Below are positions 1 through 9,058 of a stretch of DNA of 64,000 bases, in pieces. The stretch is from contig CAZIYW010000001.1 in the NCBI GenBank assembly GCA_964543525.1, positions 19,734 to 83,733 on the forward strand. The letters are read 5' to 3'. A program made the translations under genes and the position numbers. The notes below the pieces were generated by a model. It worked only from the letters and a program-made list of their open reading frames with translations. It searched no databases and was not told the origin of the DNA. Numbering within the stretch: the first letter of the stretch is position 1; each line of letters begins with the position of its first letter. This stretch comes from an uncultured Fibrobacterota bacterium (GTDB lineage Bacteria; Fibrobacterota; Chitinivibrionia; Chitinivibrionales; JANQEN01).

Positions 1-752
1 TCGATTTTTTCCGGATCCTTTACCGACAGTCGCAGTGAACCGGGATCCGGATCGGAACCGGTTATGTACAGCTGCATTGTTTTGACGGGAATGTATACCG
101 CGCGTCTCATATGCCACGGTTTAAAATCCGGATCAGCCGGCGCGTATATCCCAACTATGGTAAAATGTTTATTGTTAAAGATACAGTCATTCCCTATCAA
201 TGTCCGCTTCTCTTTGCCGGAAAGGGTCAGTTGACGGCACAGTCGTTCGTCAAGCTCCCACGACAGTATGCATACCTTCTCACCCCTTGTGTAATCATCA
301 TTGCTGAACCATCGTCCCTCCACGAGTTTCATGCTTTCCATATCATCCTCAAGGGTTGTTTTGCTCACTCCCCGCAACCGCGCCCCGTCTTCAGCACCCA
401 GTACATGGATGGTTCCATGACGCGTTATCTGCCGATAGTACATCTCGGCATCCGGTGCATGCTGTTCAAGGTAACTGCCGTCTGAGTACCTCATTCCCGG
501 GGATCTGCTCCAGGCGATTTTCTCTTTAAGCGGCACATCACGCTGCCTTCTGAACCATATGGCGCCGGCCCACCGTCCCATTTTTTCATTAAGAAATACG
601 TCAATACCGGCAATCAGTGTCAGCATGGCAACCAAGGATGCCACACCCAGCATCACACCGATAATCGACAATGCAGAGCGCAGTTTATGGGAAGCCATTT
701 CGATGAATGACATTTTTATGCCGACGAATATTGACTGGATAAGGGTAACCAT
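1..752 (-). CDS. ABC transporter permease, MacB/FtsX family (N-terminal part; gene runs off the left edge)
   Basis: Absent from the ORF track because it is truncated by the window. My minus-strand translation from ATG 752-750 reads MVTLIQSIFVGIKMSFIEMASHKLRSALSIIGVMLGVASLVAMLTLIAGIDVF... This is the first-TM signature of FtsX/MacB permeases followed by a long extracytoplasmic stretch. The layout parallels the adjacent paralogue 777..2003, and this is the last gene of the efflux operon. Confidence 0.75.
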   Translation of the reverse strand, partial: MVTLIQSIFVGIKMSFIEMASHKLRSALSIIGVMLGVASLVAMLTLIAGIDVFLNEKMGRWAGAIWFRRQRDVPLKEKIAWSRSPGMRYSDGSYLEQHAPDAEMYYRQITRHGTIHVLGAEDGARLRGVSKTTLEDDMESMKLVEGRWFSNDDYTRGEKVCILSWELDERLCRQLTLSGKEKRTLIGNDCIFNNKHFTIVGIYAPADPDFKPWHMRRAVYIPVKTMQLYITGSDPDPGSLRLSVKDPEKI

Positions 753-776
753 ACAAATTCTTATTTTTTATGCTAA

Positions 777-2003
777 TTAATATCTCAATGCCTCCACCGG
801 CTGCATATTTGCCGCGCGGAGAGAGGGAAACAGTCCGCTGAAAACTCCCGCGAACAGAGTAAAGCCAAAAGCGACGGAGTAATCGAGCAGGGTAAGCCTG
901 GGTATATACGGAAAGAAGCCCGGTGGTGTAAGGGTGACCAGAGCGCCGAGTACCATTCCGGGAATACCTCCGACAAAACAGACCAGGATCGCCTCAATTA
1001 TAAACTGTGTAAAGATATCATACCGTTGCGCGCCCAATGCTTTCCGGATACCGATCTCCCGTATTCGATCACCGATGCCGGCAAACATGATATTCATGAT
1101 ACTGATGCCGCCGACAATGAGTGAAATGGCAGCAATACTCCACAGGATGATCTTCATACCCTTGACTGCAGTCTCCATCTCCCTGAGCTTGTCCATACTT
1201 GCCTCCACCTCGAAATCCCTGACGCCGCGATGCTTTGCCAGATACCGGTGGGTCACGTCACGCTGCGCCTGCCGCACAACATCACTACCGGTTAAAAGCA
1301 GAGAAACCTCATTCAGGTTGCGCCGTGCATTACTGAAACGCATGGCATAGACACTGAAAGGGAAAATACACTCAGACGCCCGCTCATTACGGATGTTTTT
1401 AGTCTCGATTATACCGATAATTGACAACGGTATATTTCGAATCAGCAGGGTCGCTCCCACCGGATTAACTCCCTTATCAAACAGCCTTTGCGCCAGACGT
1501 TTACCGATGATACAGACATGCCGGTGCCGCTGAAAATCCTTCCGTGTAAAATTCCTGCCGCGTTCAACCCGGTAATTATAGACATCCAGATACTCGCGAC
1601 TGACCGCAATAAGTTTCCCCCAGGTTCTTTTCCCCTTTGCAGTCATTCGGTTCCAGTTGAGATTTTTATACAGCAGAACAGCCTTTACATACGGTAATTC
1701 TTCGACAATTTCCTCCGCTTCATCAATACTGAGACCCGGCGATGACTGAAATTTCATCTTTTCCTCCCGTGTTACCGGCTCTACAGTCTTAATCGTAAGG
1801 ATATTCAGTCCGCCGACGCGCTCCATATTTTCCCGCAAATTGTCATCCATACCGCGTACAAAAGCAAGGTTCGCAAGAAGTGCGGCCACACCGAGAAACA
1901 GGCCAAGGGTGGTTATCATGGTTCGAGTGCGGTTGGTATATATTTCGAGTGCACACAGCTTGAGATTTACCAGGATTGTTGTGTAAAGACGAATTGTTTT
2001 CAT
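777..2003 (-). CDS. ABC transporter permease, MacB/FtsX family
   Basis: 408 aa. It has an N-terminal TM (TTLGLFLGVAALLANLAFV), a long periplasmic domain and a C-terminal FtsX-type helix bundle (IREIGIRKALGAQRYDIFTQFIIEA...). Start and stop overlap the ATPase gene at 2000-2003. Confidence 0.85.
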   Translation of the reverse strand: MKTIRLYTTILVNLKLCALEIYTNRTRTMITTLGLFLGVAALLANLAFVRGMDDNLRENMERVGGLNILTIKTVEPVTREEKMKFQSSPGLSIDEAEEIVEELPYVKAVLLYKNLNWNRMTAKGKRTWGKLIAVSREYLDVYNYRVERGRNFTRKDFQRHRHVCIIGKRLAQRLFDKGVNPVGATLLIRNIPLSIIGIIETKNIRNERASECIFPFSVYAMRFSNARRNLNEVSLLLTGSDVVRQAQRDVTHRYLAKHRGVRDFEVEASMDKLREMETAVKGMKIILWSIAAISLIVGGISIMNIMFAGIGDRIREIGIRKALGAQRYDIFTQFIIEAILVCFVGGIPGMVLGALVTLTPPGFFPYIPRLTLLDYSVAFGFTLFAGVFSGLFPSLRAANMQPVEALRY

Positions 2004-2680
2004 GATTCAATCCGCCCGTCGACCAGACGTACCTGTCTCCTGGCACGTTCGGCTACAGAGTTTTCGTGGGTGATAACTACAATGGTATGCCCTTCGCCTG
2101 AGAGCTCATCAAAAACGGCAAGTATCTCGCCTGTGGTATGGCTGTCAAGGTTTCCTGTCGGTTCATCCGCAAACAGTATTGACGGTTTTTTTATCAACGC
2201 CCGGGCAATGGCAACCCGCTGTTTCTGACCGCCAGATATCTCATTCGGCCTGTGTTTCCGCCGATCCCATAACCCGAAGCGGGTCAATGTCTCCTCAACA
2301 AGTTTTTTTCGCCTCCGGCCCGGAATATTTCCGTAAATCAACGGCAGCTCCACATTGCCGGCAACAGTAAGTTTAGGCAGAAGGTTGAAATTCTGGAACA
2401 CAAAGCCAATCTCACGATTGCGGATATCTGCAAGCTGCGACGGGGAAAAGGTCGTTACTGAACGATCCTTGAACAGATAGTCACCCGATGTGGGACGATC
2501 GAGACATCCGAGAATATTCAACAGTGTCGACTTCCCGGCACCGCTCTGCCCCATTATAGCGAGATAATCTCCTTGTCGAACCGACAATGAAATGTCTTTC
2601 AATACCGGCACTTTCTCTTTACCGAGTGTATAGCTCTTACAGAGCGACCTTGTTTCAATAATATTGTTTGTGCTTGTCAT
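2000..2680 (-). CDS. ABC transporter ATP-binding protein (MacB/LolD type)
   Basis: Walker A GQSGAGKST, ABC signature ISGGQKQRVAIARAL, Walker B ILFADEPTGNLD, H-loop VITHE. Confidence 0.95.
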   Translation of the reverse strand: MTSTNNIIETRSLCKSYTLGKEKVPVLKDISLSVRQGDYLAIMGQSGAGKSTLLNILGCLDRPTSGDYLFKDRSVTTFSPSQLADIRNREIGFVFQNFNLLPKLTVAGNVELPLIYGNIPGRRRKKLVEETLTRFGLWDRRKHRPNEISGGQKQRVAIARALIKKPSILFADEPTGNLDSHTTGEILAVFDELSGEGHTIVVITHENSVAERARRQVRLVDGRIES

Positions 2681-2711
2681 TTTTCAGGTCACCGTAAGGA
2701 ACGGCAGAGAA

Positions 2712-3821
2712 CTACCTGCGGCCTCTCGACCTCTTTCTCTGATCGTTCTTGTCTTTGCCGAGCACCTCTTTAAATAGCACCACATCACCCTCTTTTACCC
2801 CGGAAAGAATCTCATAGTACCGGTAATCGGTTTTACCGACAGTAACAGGTATCTGTTTAACCGACTCAGTTCCGTCCTCTTTTCGTATCACCTTGTTGAC
2901 AAACCAGCCTTTCGGGGTCCTGGTGACAAAGCGGTTGGGAATACCGAGTATTCCTTCCTTTTCAAGAATAACAAATTCGACGTTCACATTAATTCCCGGG
3001 GCAATGCCGGGTATCAGCGAATCAATCCTCACTCTGACTTCAAAGGTGCCAAGCCCGTCTGCACTCTGTTTCTTTGCGCTGAGTGCAATAAAGTTAATGG
3101 TGCCGGTGGTCTGCACACCTTCGATTGCTTCCGGTTTGATAACCACTTTCTGGCCCTGTTTCAGATGAATGTAATCAACTTCTCCTATTTGAGAAACCAC
3201 TTCAAGCTCTGATATGTCGGCGATAGTGGCAATGGATGTGCCGCTCTGAAAACCGGAGGTTGCCGATACCGCAATTTCTCCCTCTTCAACGTCAAGGCTG
3301 GTGATAATACCGTTCATGGGGCTTACTACCTTTGTTTTATTTAGCTGATCCGTGATATCCTTCAATGAGAGCTTCTCCTGCTCATAGGAAATAACGGCCA
3401 GCTCCCACGCGTTTTTCAGATCAGCAAGCTGTTTTTCGGATACGGTACCGGTGGCGACAAGTTTTTGCGCATCTTCATAATTCCGCTTCGCAATATCAGC
3501 CTGAATGCGCGCCTTTTTAACGGAAAGATCCAGAGCTTCTTTTTTATACAACAGTCGGCTGGGATCGATGTCAATAATCTTATCGCCCTTTTTAATCCGC
3601 TGGCCTTCTTTTACATATACTTTCTGTATCACACCGCTCGCCTCCGACTTCAGTTCCACCTTTACCACAGGCTCTACCTCCCCGGTCTGAATAATGGCGT
3701 CACGGAGGTTTACCCGGGAAACTACGGCACGTTCTTCAATAATTCCGTTCTTTTTCCGCGTACTGCAGCCCGCTATGACACAAACACATGCGATTAATAC
3801 CGCCAGACGTGTAATGTTCAT
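2712..3821 (-). CDS. efflux periplasmic adaptor subunit (HlyD/MacA family), probable lipoprotein
   Basis: 369 aa. The signal peptide ends in VIAGCS. Lipoyl-like half motifs (VIQKVYVKEGQRIKKGDKII ... NGIITSLDVEEGE) flank a coiled-coil hairpin. There is a 4-nt overlap with the upstream TolC-like gene. Confidence 0.85.
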   Translation of the reverse strand: MNITRLAVLIACVCVIAGCSTRKKNGIIEERAVVSRVNLRDAIIQTGEVEPVVKVELKSEASGVIQKVYVKEGQRIKKGDKIIDIDPSRLLYKKEALDLSVKKARIQADIAKRNYEDAQKLVATGTVSEKQLADLKNAWELAVISYEQEKLSLKDITDQLNKTKVVSPMNGIITSLDVEEGEIAVSATSGFQSGTSIATIADISELEVVSQIGEVDYIHLKQGQKVVIKPEAIEGVQTTGTINFIALSAKKQSADGLGTFEVRVRIDSLIPGIAPGINVNVEFVILEKEGILGIPNRFVTRTPKGWFVNKVIRKEDGTESVKQIPVTVGKTDYRYYEILSGVKEGDVVLFKEVLGKDKNDQRKRSRGRR

Positions 3822-5239
3822 TCCAGTTTCACTCCAAAGCGAGAAAGTACTTTTCCGGTTATTTCCTCAAAAATGATCTCCAGTTTTTTCATGACCACCT
3901 GCTTCTGGAGATAGCGAATCGTCGTTTCGAGATAGTCATCTTCTGCCTTGTCAAGGGTAAGCTGATCAACGGTACCGAGGTCGAATCCTGCCTTTGCTGC
4001 ATCAAACTGCCGACGCGCAATTTCCTGCGATGTTTTTTCAATGGCAAGGGTCTGAAGCTCCTGCTCCCAGGTAAGGTTCAGCTCCTCCACTTTTTTAACC
4101 ATCTCGCGCATGTACTGCTCCCGCGCGATATTGTTTGACTTGAGTGCAATACCGGCCTGTTGCCGCTCGATACGTCGGGATTTCACCGGAAGTGCATACC
4201 TGACAATAAGTGCAAACACCGCATTTCCGGAAAAAGAGCCCGATGCATCAAATATATCATCTCCAGATGCGACTCGGGAATAGCCTGCTTCAAGAGCCAC
4301 ATCAGGCAGTAGTTGATTCGCTGCATACGCCGCCTGCCGCCGCAGTTTCTCATTAAGCGTTTCAAAGAGTTGTATCTGCGGATCAAAGGATTCGACCAGT
4401 CTGAGGAAATCATCCGGCTCCGGCAACCCGGTTAACTGAATGTGTTTCACCGAGTCAATAGTGACTGAATCCGGCGACAGAGCCAGTGCCACTGCCAGTG
4501 CCCGATGCGCGAGCGCCGCTTCGGTCTGCGCAATGAGAAGCTGCCGGGTGGCTTCAAGAAAGGCGAGATGAGCAGAGAGTGTATCAAGCATTGTGGCGGT
4601 ACCGATACTGAACCGAGTCCGCTGGGTAGTAAGACGCTTTTCCGCATACTGTTTCCGATCCGCAAAAATGGTACATAACGATTGCTTCTCATAGAATGTC
4701 CAATAACGGTTGCGTACATCGCTGAGAGAGGCAAGTATCTTCTTTTTCCGCCGAAGGGTAAATGTTTTGTTGTCGAGACGCTGTATCTTAATGGTATACG
4801 CAACCGGATCGTGCTTCCAGGCATTCCGAAGAAGAGGCTGGGTATAGGTGAGTGCTAAGGATGAGGTGTACTGTACACTGTCCCCATCCGTCATGCCGGT
4901 GCGTTCTCCAGCAATATCCGCTGTAACAGTCCCGCCGCCGGGAACATTCTGTAATGCACTGACGGTAACACCGGTTGATACTGATGGTGTGTTGCTCCCG
5001 GAAGTTAAGGTTGAATCGTACGGTTTAACCTGCTGCCTGAGGGTGGCGTTAACGGACGGCAGTTGCTGTGTTTGCAGCTTCTCAAGAGTGAGTGAGTCGG
5101 TCCGGGTTTCCAGCCGGGCAATACGGATATCGCTGTTGTTTTCCAATGCCGTAAATACAACATCCTGTTCCGATAATGTGGCACCCGTGGCTGAAACATA
5201 GAAAAGAGCCAATAAAAAAATCCTGGTGGTAGATAACAT
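3818..5239 (-). CDS. TolC-family outer membrane efflux protein
   Basis: The track ORF begins at a TTG (5272). The first ATG (5239) gives a signal-peptide-like MLSTTRIFLLALFYVSATGA. It is long and coiled-coil rich with a two-repeat TolC-like organisation, and is the first gene of the tolC-adaptor-ATPase-permease-permease operon. Confidence 0.75.
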   Translation of the reverse strand: MLSTTRIFLLALFYVSATGATLSEQDVVFTALENNSDIRIARLETRTDSLTLEKLQTQQLPSVNATLRQQVKPYDSTLTSGSNTPSVSTGVTVSALQNVPGGGTVTADIAGERTGMTDGDSVQYTSSLALTYTQPLLRNAWKHDPVAYTIKIQRLDNKTFTLRRKKKILASLSDVRNRYWTFYEKQSLCTIFADRKQYAEKRLTTQRTRFSIGTATMLDTLSAHLAFLEATRQLLIAQTEAALAHRALAVALALSPDSVTIDSVKHIQLTGLPEPDDFLRLVESFDPQIQLFETLNEKLRRQAAYAANQLLPDVALEAGYSRVASGDDIFDASGSFSGNAVFALIVRYALPVKSRRIERQQAGIALKSNNIAREQYMREMVKKVEELNLTWEQELQTLAIEKTSQEIARRQFDAAKAGFDLGTVDQLTLDKAEDDYLETTIRYLQKQVVMKKLEIIFEEITGKVLSRFGVKLE

Positions 5240-5360
5240 GGGCTGTTCAATCCGAATGTTATAACAATGCAATTATTATACAACTATTAGACTGTTATGA
5301 AAATACTATTGTTACAGAGCGCCTTTTTTATTTAGTGCTTGTCCGAAAAGTCCTTGATTT

Positions 5361-5485
5361 GTCATTTCGACCGGAGGGAGAAATCTGTAAGTAGATTGAT
5401 TCTTAGAAAAGAAAGATTTTATTTGTCAGGCGAAAATAAGAGTGTACCAATTTCCACTTCGTGGTCTCACTCCGGTCAAAATGAT
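5361..5485. repeat. 125-bp element bounded by 16-nt imperfect inverted repeats
   Basis: GTCATTTCGACCGGAG (5361-5376) and CTCCGGTCAAAATGAT (5470-5485) are complementary at 14/16 positions and separated by 93 nt. The element sits in the divergent tolC-like/plsC intergenic region. Confidence 0.5.
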
Positions 5486-5596
5486 AGTTTTAACTGTTTT
5501 TTGGACAAATACTATTTAAGTATCTTTTGTCTAAACAAGTAATTACGAACTTATAATATATATTATTTTTAATCTCCGTTTATCGAGAGGTATTTC

Positions 5597-6325
5597 ATGT
5601 TTCGAACCACCCTTTGGTATATTTTTTTCTGGCTTTATCTGATACTGAGTCCGCTGTTTTTCATACCGTTTGCAGGTATTGCGGTAACGGGAAAAAGAAA
5701 ACTTCTGGACCGGTATGTATTGCTCCTCTCTACAGTCTGGGGACGGGTTTTGATTCGGGCTGCCGGAGGAACGGTTACGGTAACGGGGCTTGAACATATT
5801 CCGCAACAGAACAGGGTTTGCTTTATCGCAAACCACCAGGGTGGATTCGATATACCGCTCATATTCGGCTATATTCCCCGAATAACAGGATTTATCGCAA
5901 AGAAAGAGCTGCTTTTTATTCCGATTCTTAATATATGGATGAAAGTATATCACTGTATTTTCATCAACCGATCAAACCGCAGGGATTCGGTGAAGGCTAT
6001 CCGGCGGGGTGTTGAGCAGATAAAAAAAGGCCGTCCAATGGTCATTTTTCCGGAAGGGACCCGGAGTCAGTGCCGACGGATGGGCCCGTTTAAAAGTGGA
6101 AGCCTTAAACTGGCCATACGCTCGAACGCCGCAATTGTACCCATAACTATTGACGGATCCTATAAACTGAAAGAAGCCAACGGCGGGATCATGAAACCGG
6201 CATCGGTGAAACTGATTATTCATCCTTCTCTGGACGGCACGTTCTATAAAGATGAAAATTCACAGGAGCTGGCGGAAAAGCTGTGGCATATTATTAACGC
6301 GCCTCTTACTGGCGCTGCCCGTTAA
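5597..6325 (+). CDS. plsC: 1-acyl-sn-glycerol-3-phosphate acyltransferase
   Basis: HX4D acyltransferase motif NHQGGFD and FPEGTRS motif, with an N-terminal TM helix. GAGAGG lies upstream of ATG 5597. Confidence 0.85.
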   Translation: MFRTTLWYIFFWLYLILSPLFFIPFAGIAVTGKRKLLDRYVLLLSTVWGRVLIRAAGGTVTVTGLEHIPQQNRVCFIANHQGGFDIPLIFGYIPRITGFIAKKELLFIPILNIWMKVYHCIFINRSNRRDSVKAIRRGVEQIKKGRPMVIFPEGTRSQCRRMGPFKSGSLKLAIRSNAAIVPITIDGSYKLKEANGGIMKPASVKLIIHPSLDGTFYKDENSQELAEKLWHIINAPLTGAAR

Positions 6326-7278
6326 AAATAATTGGTGAAACCCACGGCCACCTTCTCAAAACCGGCTTCAATATCGAGAGAAACCTTTTTGGTCATGGTG
6401 GACTTGTCCTTTTTTACAAACAGGAGAAGTGATACCGGAAAGGTTGCACCTGCTACAGCGCCGGTTATTATTGCTGCCGCACGTTTGGCTTTAAACGTAT
6501 CATTAAGATCATTCCAATCGTCTGGAGTTTCAAAGTTGGTTTCATCATCCAGCAAATCCCGGTCCTGTTTCGCTTGTATTCCCGTGATCAGGCACACAAC
6601 ACCGCTTGCCAGACAAACACCACCTGTAATAAATGCTGCGGCTCTTCGGCCGCGCCCCTTCCTGCTCTTCTCTTTTTTTACAGGCACCTTTTCTTTCTCT
6701 GATGCTTTTGTGTCAGTCTGTGTGGTCGCTGCAGGTTGCTTTTTTTCTTCGACATTGTATGAATAGGAGATATTGTCCTGTACATAGTGGATATTATCGT
6801 TAATGGTAAAATGGAACTGCCCGTTCTGTTTAAAGTAGCCGTTCTGAATAGTAATTTCATCCTTCCTGGATTTTATTCCGAATACGGAATACATGAGTCT
6901 GAAATTCCGCAGTTTCACATCACCGGCCCCCTCGGCAACATAAATGCCGTTCCAGTCAAATGCATTTGGCAATTGTGACGCTTCCGCATTGAAATTGGCA
7001 TCATTAATTGAGGTGAATACTACCGGCTCCTCAGAAGTACCCTCAACCAGCAGGCTGCCGTAAATATTGATTCCGGTGAAAGATTTGAAGAGAAAGATAC
7101 AGCCGGCCTTTATCACGGTCTGAGAATTCTTGGCTATCTCCACATCCTGATCGATAATGTAAGGATTGCCTGACGCCTCAAATATTTTCCCGCCGATATC
7201 ATCACTGAGGTGTGTTTCACCGGTAACAGATAAGCTACTCATCATTATACCAATAAATAAAAATGCTGGTTTTTTCAT
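6322..7278 (-). CDS. hypothetical exported protein (beta-helix-like N-domain, Lys-rich linker, two C-terminal TM helices)
   Basis: The internal ATG 7278 is preceded by AAGAGGA at about 5 nt and gives the signal peptide MKKPAFLFIGIMMSSLSVTG. The track start at 7332 lacks an RBS. No family recognised. Confidence 0.5.
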   Translation of the reverse strand: MKKPAFLFIGIMMSSLSVTGETHLSDDIGGKIFEASGNPYIIDQDVEIAKNSQTVIKAGCIFLFKSFTGINIYGSLLVEGTSEEPVVFTSINDANFNAEASQLPNAFDWNGIYVAEGAGDVKLRNFRLMYSVFGIKSRKDEITIQNGYFKQNGQFHFTINDNIHYVQDNISYSYNVEEKKQPAATTQTDTKASEKEKVPVKKEKSRKGRGRRAAAFITGGVCLASGVVCLITGIQAKQDRDLLDDETNFETPDDWNDLNDTFKAKRAAAIITGAVAGATFPVSLLLFVKKDKSTMTKKVSLDIEAGFEKVAVGFTNYF

Positions 7279-7388
7279 ATGTCCTCTTGTGTTCGTTAAT
7301 AAAGAGCGTTCCCGATAAAATAATTTTCGCAATGCGTATGCGCTTAATTCAACTATTAAAAATATATCGATATCGGTGCCCAGAAAAG

Positions 7389-7454
7389 TTCTGTGATGAT
7401 TGTCACAATATGCGCTTTTAAGTAAAAAATACAGACAGATTTTCTGTGATGATT
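7389..7454 (+). repeat. exact 13-nt direct repeat TTCTGTGATGATT
   Basis: Copies are at 7389-7401 and 7442-7454, both preceded by CAGA within 6 nt. The first copy overlaps the CRP-type palindrome. The second copy lacks the TCACA half. Confidence 0.7.
7392..7407. promoter_or_regulatory. perfect CRP-type palindrome TGTGA-N6-TCACA
   Basis: TGTGATGATTGTCACA at 7392-7407, about 115 nt upstream of the start (7278) of the minus-strand gene 6322..7278. Confidence 0.45.
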
Positions 7455-7839
7455 ATTTTGTAATATAGAGAAAAAAAATGCGTGAAAATGAATAAAAATG
7501 TACCGTGTAATAAACAAGAGAAAATTACCGTCCATTCTATTCAGTCACAGGAGATCGATTTTACTGAGCACAACTATCGGAAGTATCTTGCTTAATTAAC
7601 GTTCATATTTATGTCTCACAAATATAGTCAGTGAGGGCATGGTGCCCGATTGACTATAATTTCATGGATATTGCTACATTCTTGTCTTGTTAGATTCCTC
7701 GCTCGTGATGATGGACATTTAGATTTGAACTGATTTAATCTGAGAGGAGAATCAATAAGGAAAAACCAGAAAAATCCCAATTAATTTAACCGGTGTTGCA
7801 TTTCGCACTTTTCGCTACATAAAGCCACGCCTGGACCCG

Positions 7840-8916
7840 CTAATCAGGCATATCCTCCTGTTGCCTGATAGATTCCTCGTGAATAAACTGATAAATCCGC
7901 AGAACAAACTCAGCACTTAAATTCTTTTTAACTCCCGCCTTTGTTCTGCTTTTAACAATCTCTTCCCAGCGGCCGGGCTGAAAATTGGAGACATCGAGGT
8001 TTCTTTTTACTGTTCCTATTTGTCGGGAGAGATGCATTCGCTGGGCCAACAGGTCGATTAATTTATCATCCACCCTATCGATTTCTTTGCGAAGATCGCT
8101 CAGATGTTGATAAAACTCCTTGTCGTCACTGAAAGGTTTCTTTACTTTAAGGCTACTGATAAGTTCGCCAAAGGCCTGTGGTGTAATCTGTTGCTTGGCG
8201 TCACTGAGCGCTGCCTTCGGATTATTATGGACTTCTATCATAATACCGTCGAACAGAAGATCCATAGCTTCCTGAGCCACGGACTGGAGGAGCTCCGTCT
8301 TACCGCTGATATGGCTCGGGTCGCAGAGGAGCGGTATGCCCTTGATACGTCCCTTTAGCTCTATGGGTACGCGCCAGTTGGGAACGTTCCGGTAGGCTGT
8401 TTTCCGGTGAGAGGTAAATCCCCGATGCACCGCGACCAGTGTTTTAATTCCCGCGTTATACACCCGTTCGAAGGCACCAAGCCATAATTCAATATCCGGA
8501 CTGATAGGATTCTTGATTAGTATCGGAATATCAACGCCTTTAAGTGAATCTGCAAGGATCTGCACAGAAAAGGGATTTGTTGTTGTTCGGGCACCTATCC
8601 AGATTATATCGATACCATGTTTCATGCACTGCTCTACATGTTCGGGAGTAGCAACTTCGACTGCTACCGGCAGATTGTATTCATTGCCCGCATCCTTTAA
8701 CCATTGCAGGGCTTCAATACCCATACCTTCAAACGAGCCGGGCCGGGTGCGCGGTTTCCAAATGCCGCCACGGAGGACCTGGATGCCCTTATCCGCAAGC
8801 CCCGCTGCAGTCTGCATTATCTGCTCTTCCGACTCAACACTACAAGGGCCGGCAATGATAAATGTTTTCTGTATTTCGCGGGTGGACAATGTTTTTAAAG
8901 GAATAGTAATTTTCAC
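7840..8916 (-). CDS. bifunctional 3-deoxy-7-phosphoheptulonate (DAHP) synthase / chorismate mutase
   Basis: The N-terminal part is a class I-beta DAHPS/KDO8PS-like barrel (IIAGPCSVESEEQ, LCDPSH). The C-terminal ~90 aa are AroQ-type chorismate mutase helices (LRKEIDRVDDKLIDLLAQRMHLSRQIG). Confidence 0.85.
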   Translation of the reverse strand: MKITIPLKTLSTREIQKTFIIAGPCSVESEEQIMQTAAGLADKGIQVLRGGIWKPRTRPGSFEGMGIEALQWLKDAGNEYNLPVAVEVATPEHVEQCMKHGIDIIWIGARTTTNPFSVQILADSLKGVDIPILIKNPISPDIELWLGAFERVYNAGIKTLVAVHRGFTSHRKTAYRNVPNWRVPIELKGRIKGIPLLCDPSHISGKTELLQSVAQEAMDLLFDGIMIEVHNNPKAALSDAKQQITPQAFGELISSLKVKKPFSDDKEFYQHLSDLRKEIDRVDDKLIDLLAQRMHLSRQIGTVKRNLDVSNFQPGRWEEIVKSRTKAGVKKNLSAEFVLRIYQFIHEESIRQQEDMPD

Positions 8917-8969
8917 AAGACTCCCCTCTCTTGCCTGTTTTTACGATCAAATAGCCGAAAAAGGTCACC

Positions 8970-9008
8970 ATAATATAATAAAAGCCCCATTTTATTCCTA
9001 TGAGGCTT
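8970..9008 (-). terminator. candidate rho-independent terminator downstream of the KamA-like gene
   Basis: On the minus strand the stem AAGCCTC (9008-9002) pairs with GGGGCTT (8988-8982), with one G-U pair and a 13-nt loop. It is followed by TTATTATATTA. Confidence 0.4.
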
Positions 9009-9058
9009 ACCCGAAAAATTAAAGAAATTAAGGTTCAATATTGTTATGTGACCACGTC

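Noticed and set aside
111-780. Plus-strand track ORFs 111..485 (124 aa) and 559..780 (73 aa)
   Set aside because: The opposite strand encodes a continuous, clearly FtsX/MacB-like permease N-terminus (1..752) that fits the efflux operon. The plus-strand translations have no recognisable features.
5339-5542. 67-aa plus-strand ORF in the tolC-like/plsC intergenic region
   Set aside because: It has no RBS and a low-complexity translation, and it spans the inverted-repeat element. It is more likely non-coding.
7488-7595. 35-codon ORF (MNKNVPCNKQEKITVHSIQSQEIDFTEHNYRKYLA) in the 507-bp gap
   Set aside because: It has no Shine-Dalgarno sequence and no hydrophobic or Cys-rich character. With no conservation evidence available, it cannot be supported.
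7623-7658. Nested hairpin TATAGTCA...GGGCA-TGG-TGCCC...TGACTATA
   Set aside because: I considered it as a terminator for the DAHP synthase gene. It lies ~180 nt past the stop, and no U-tract follows on the minus strand. It may be structural or coincidental.
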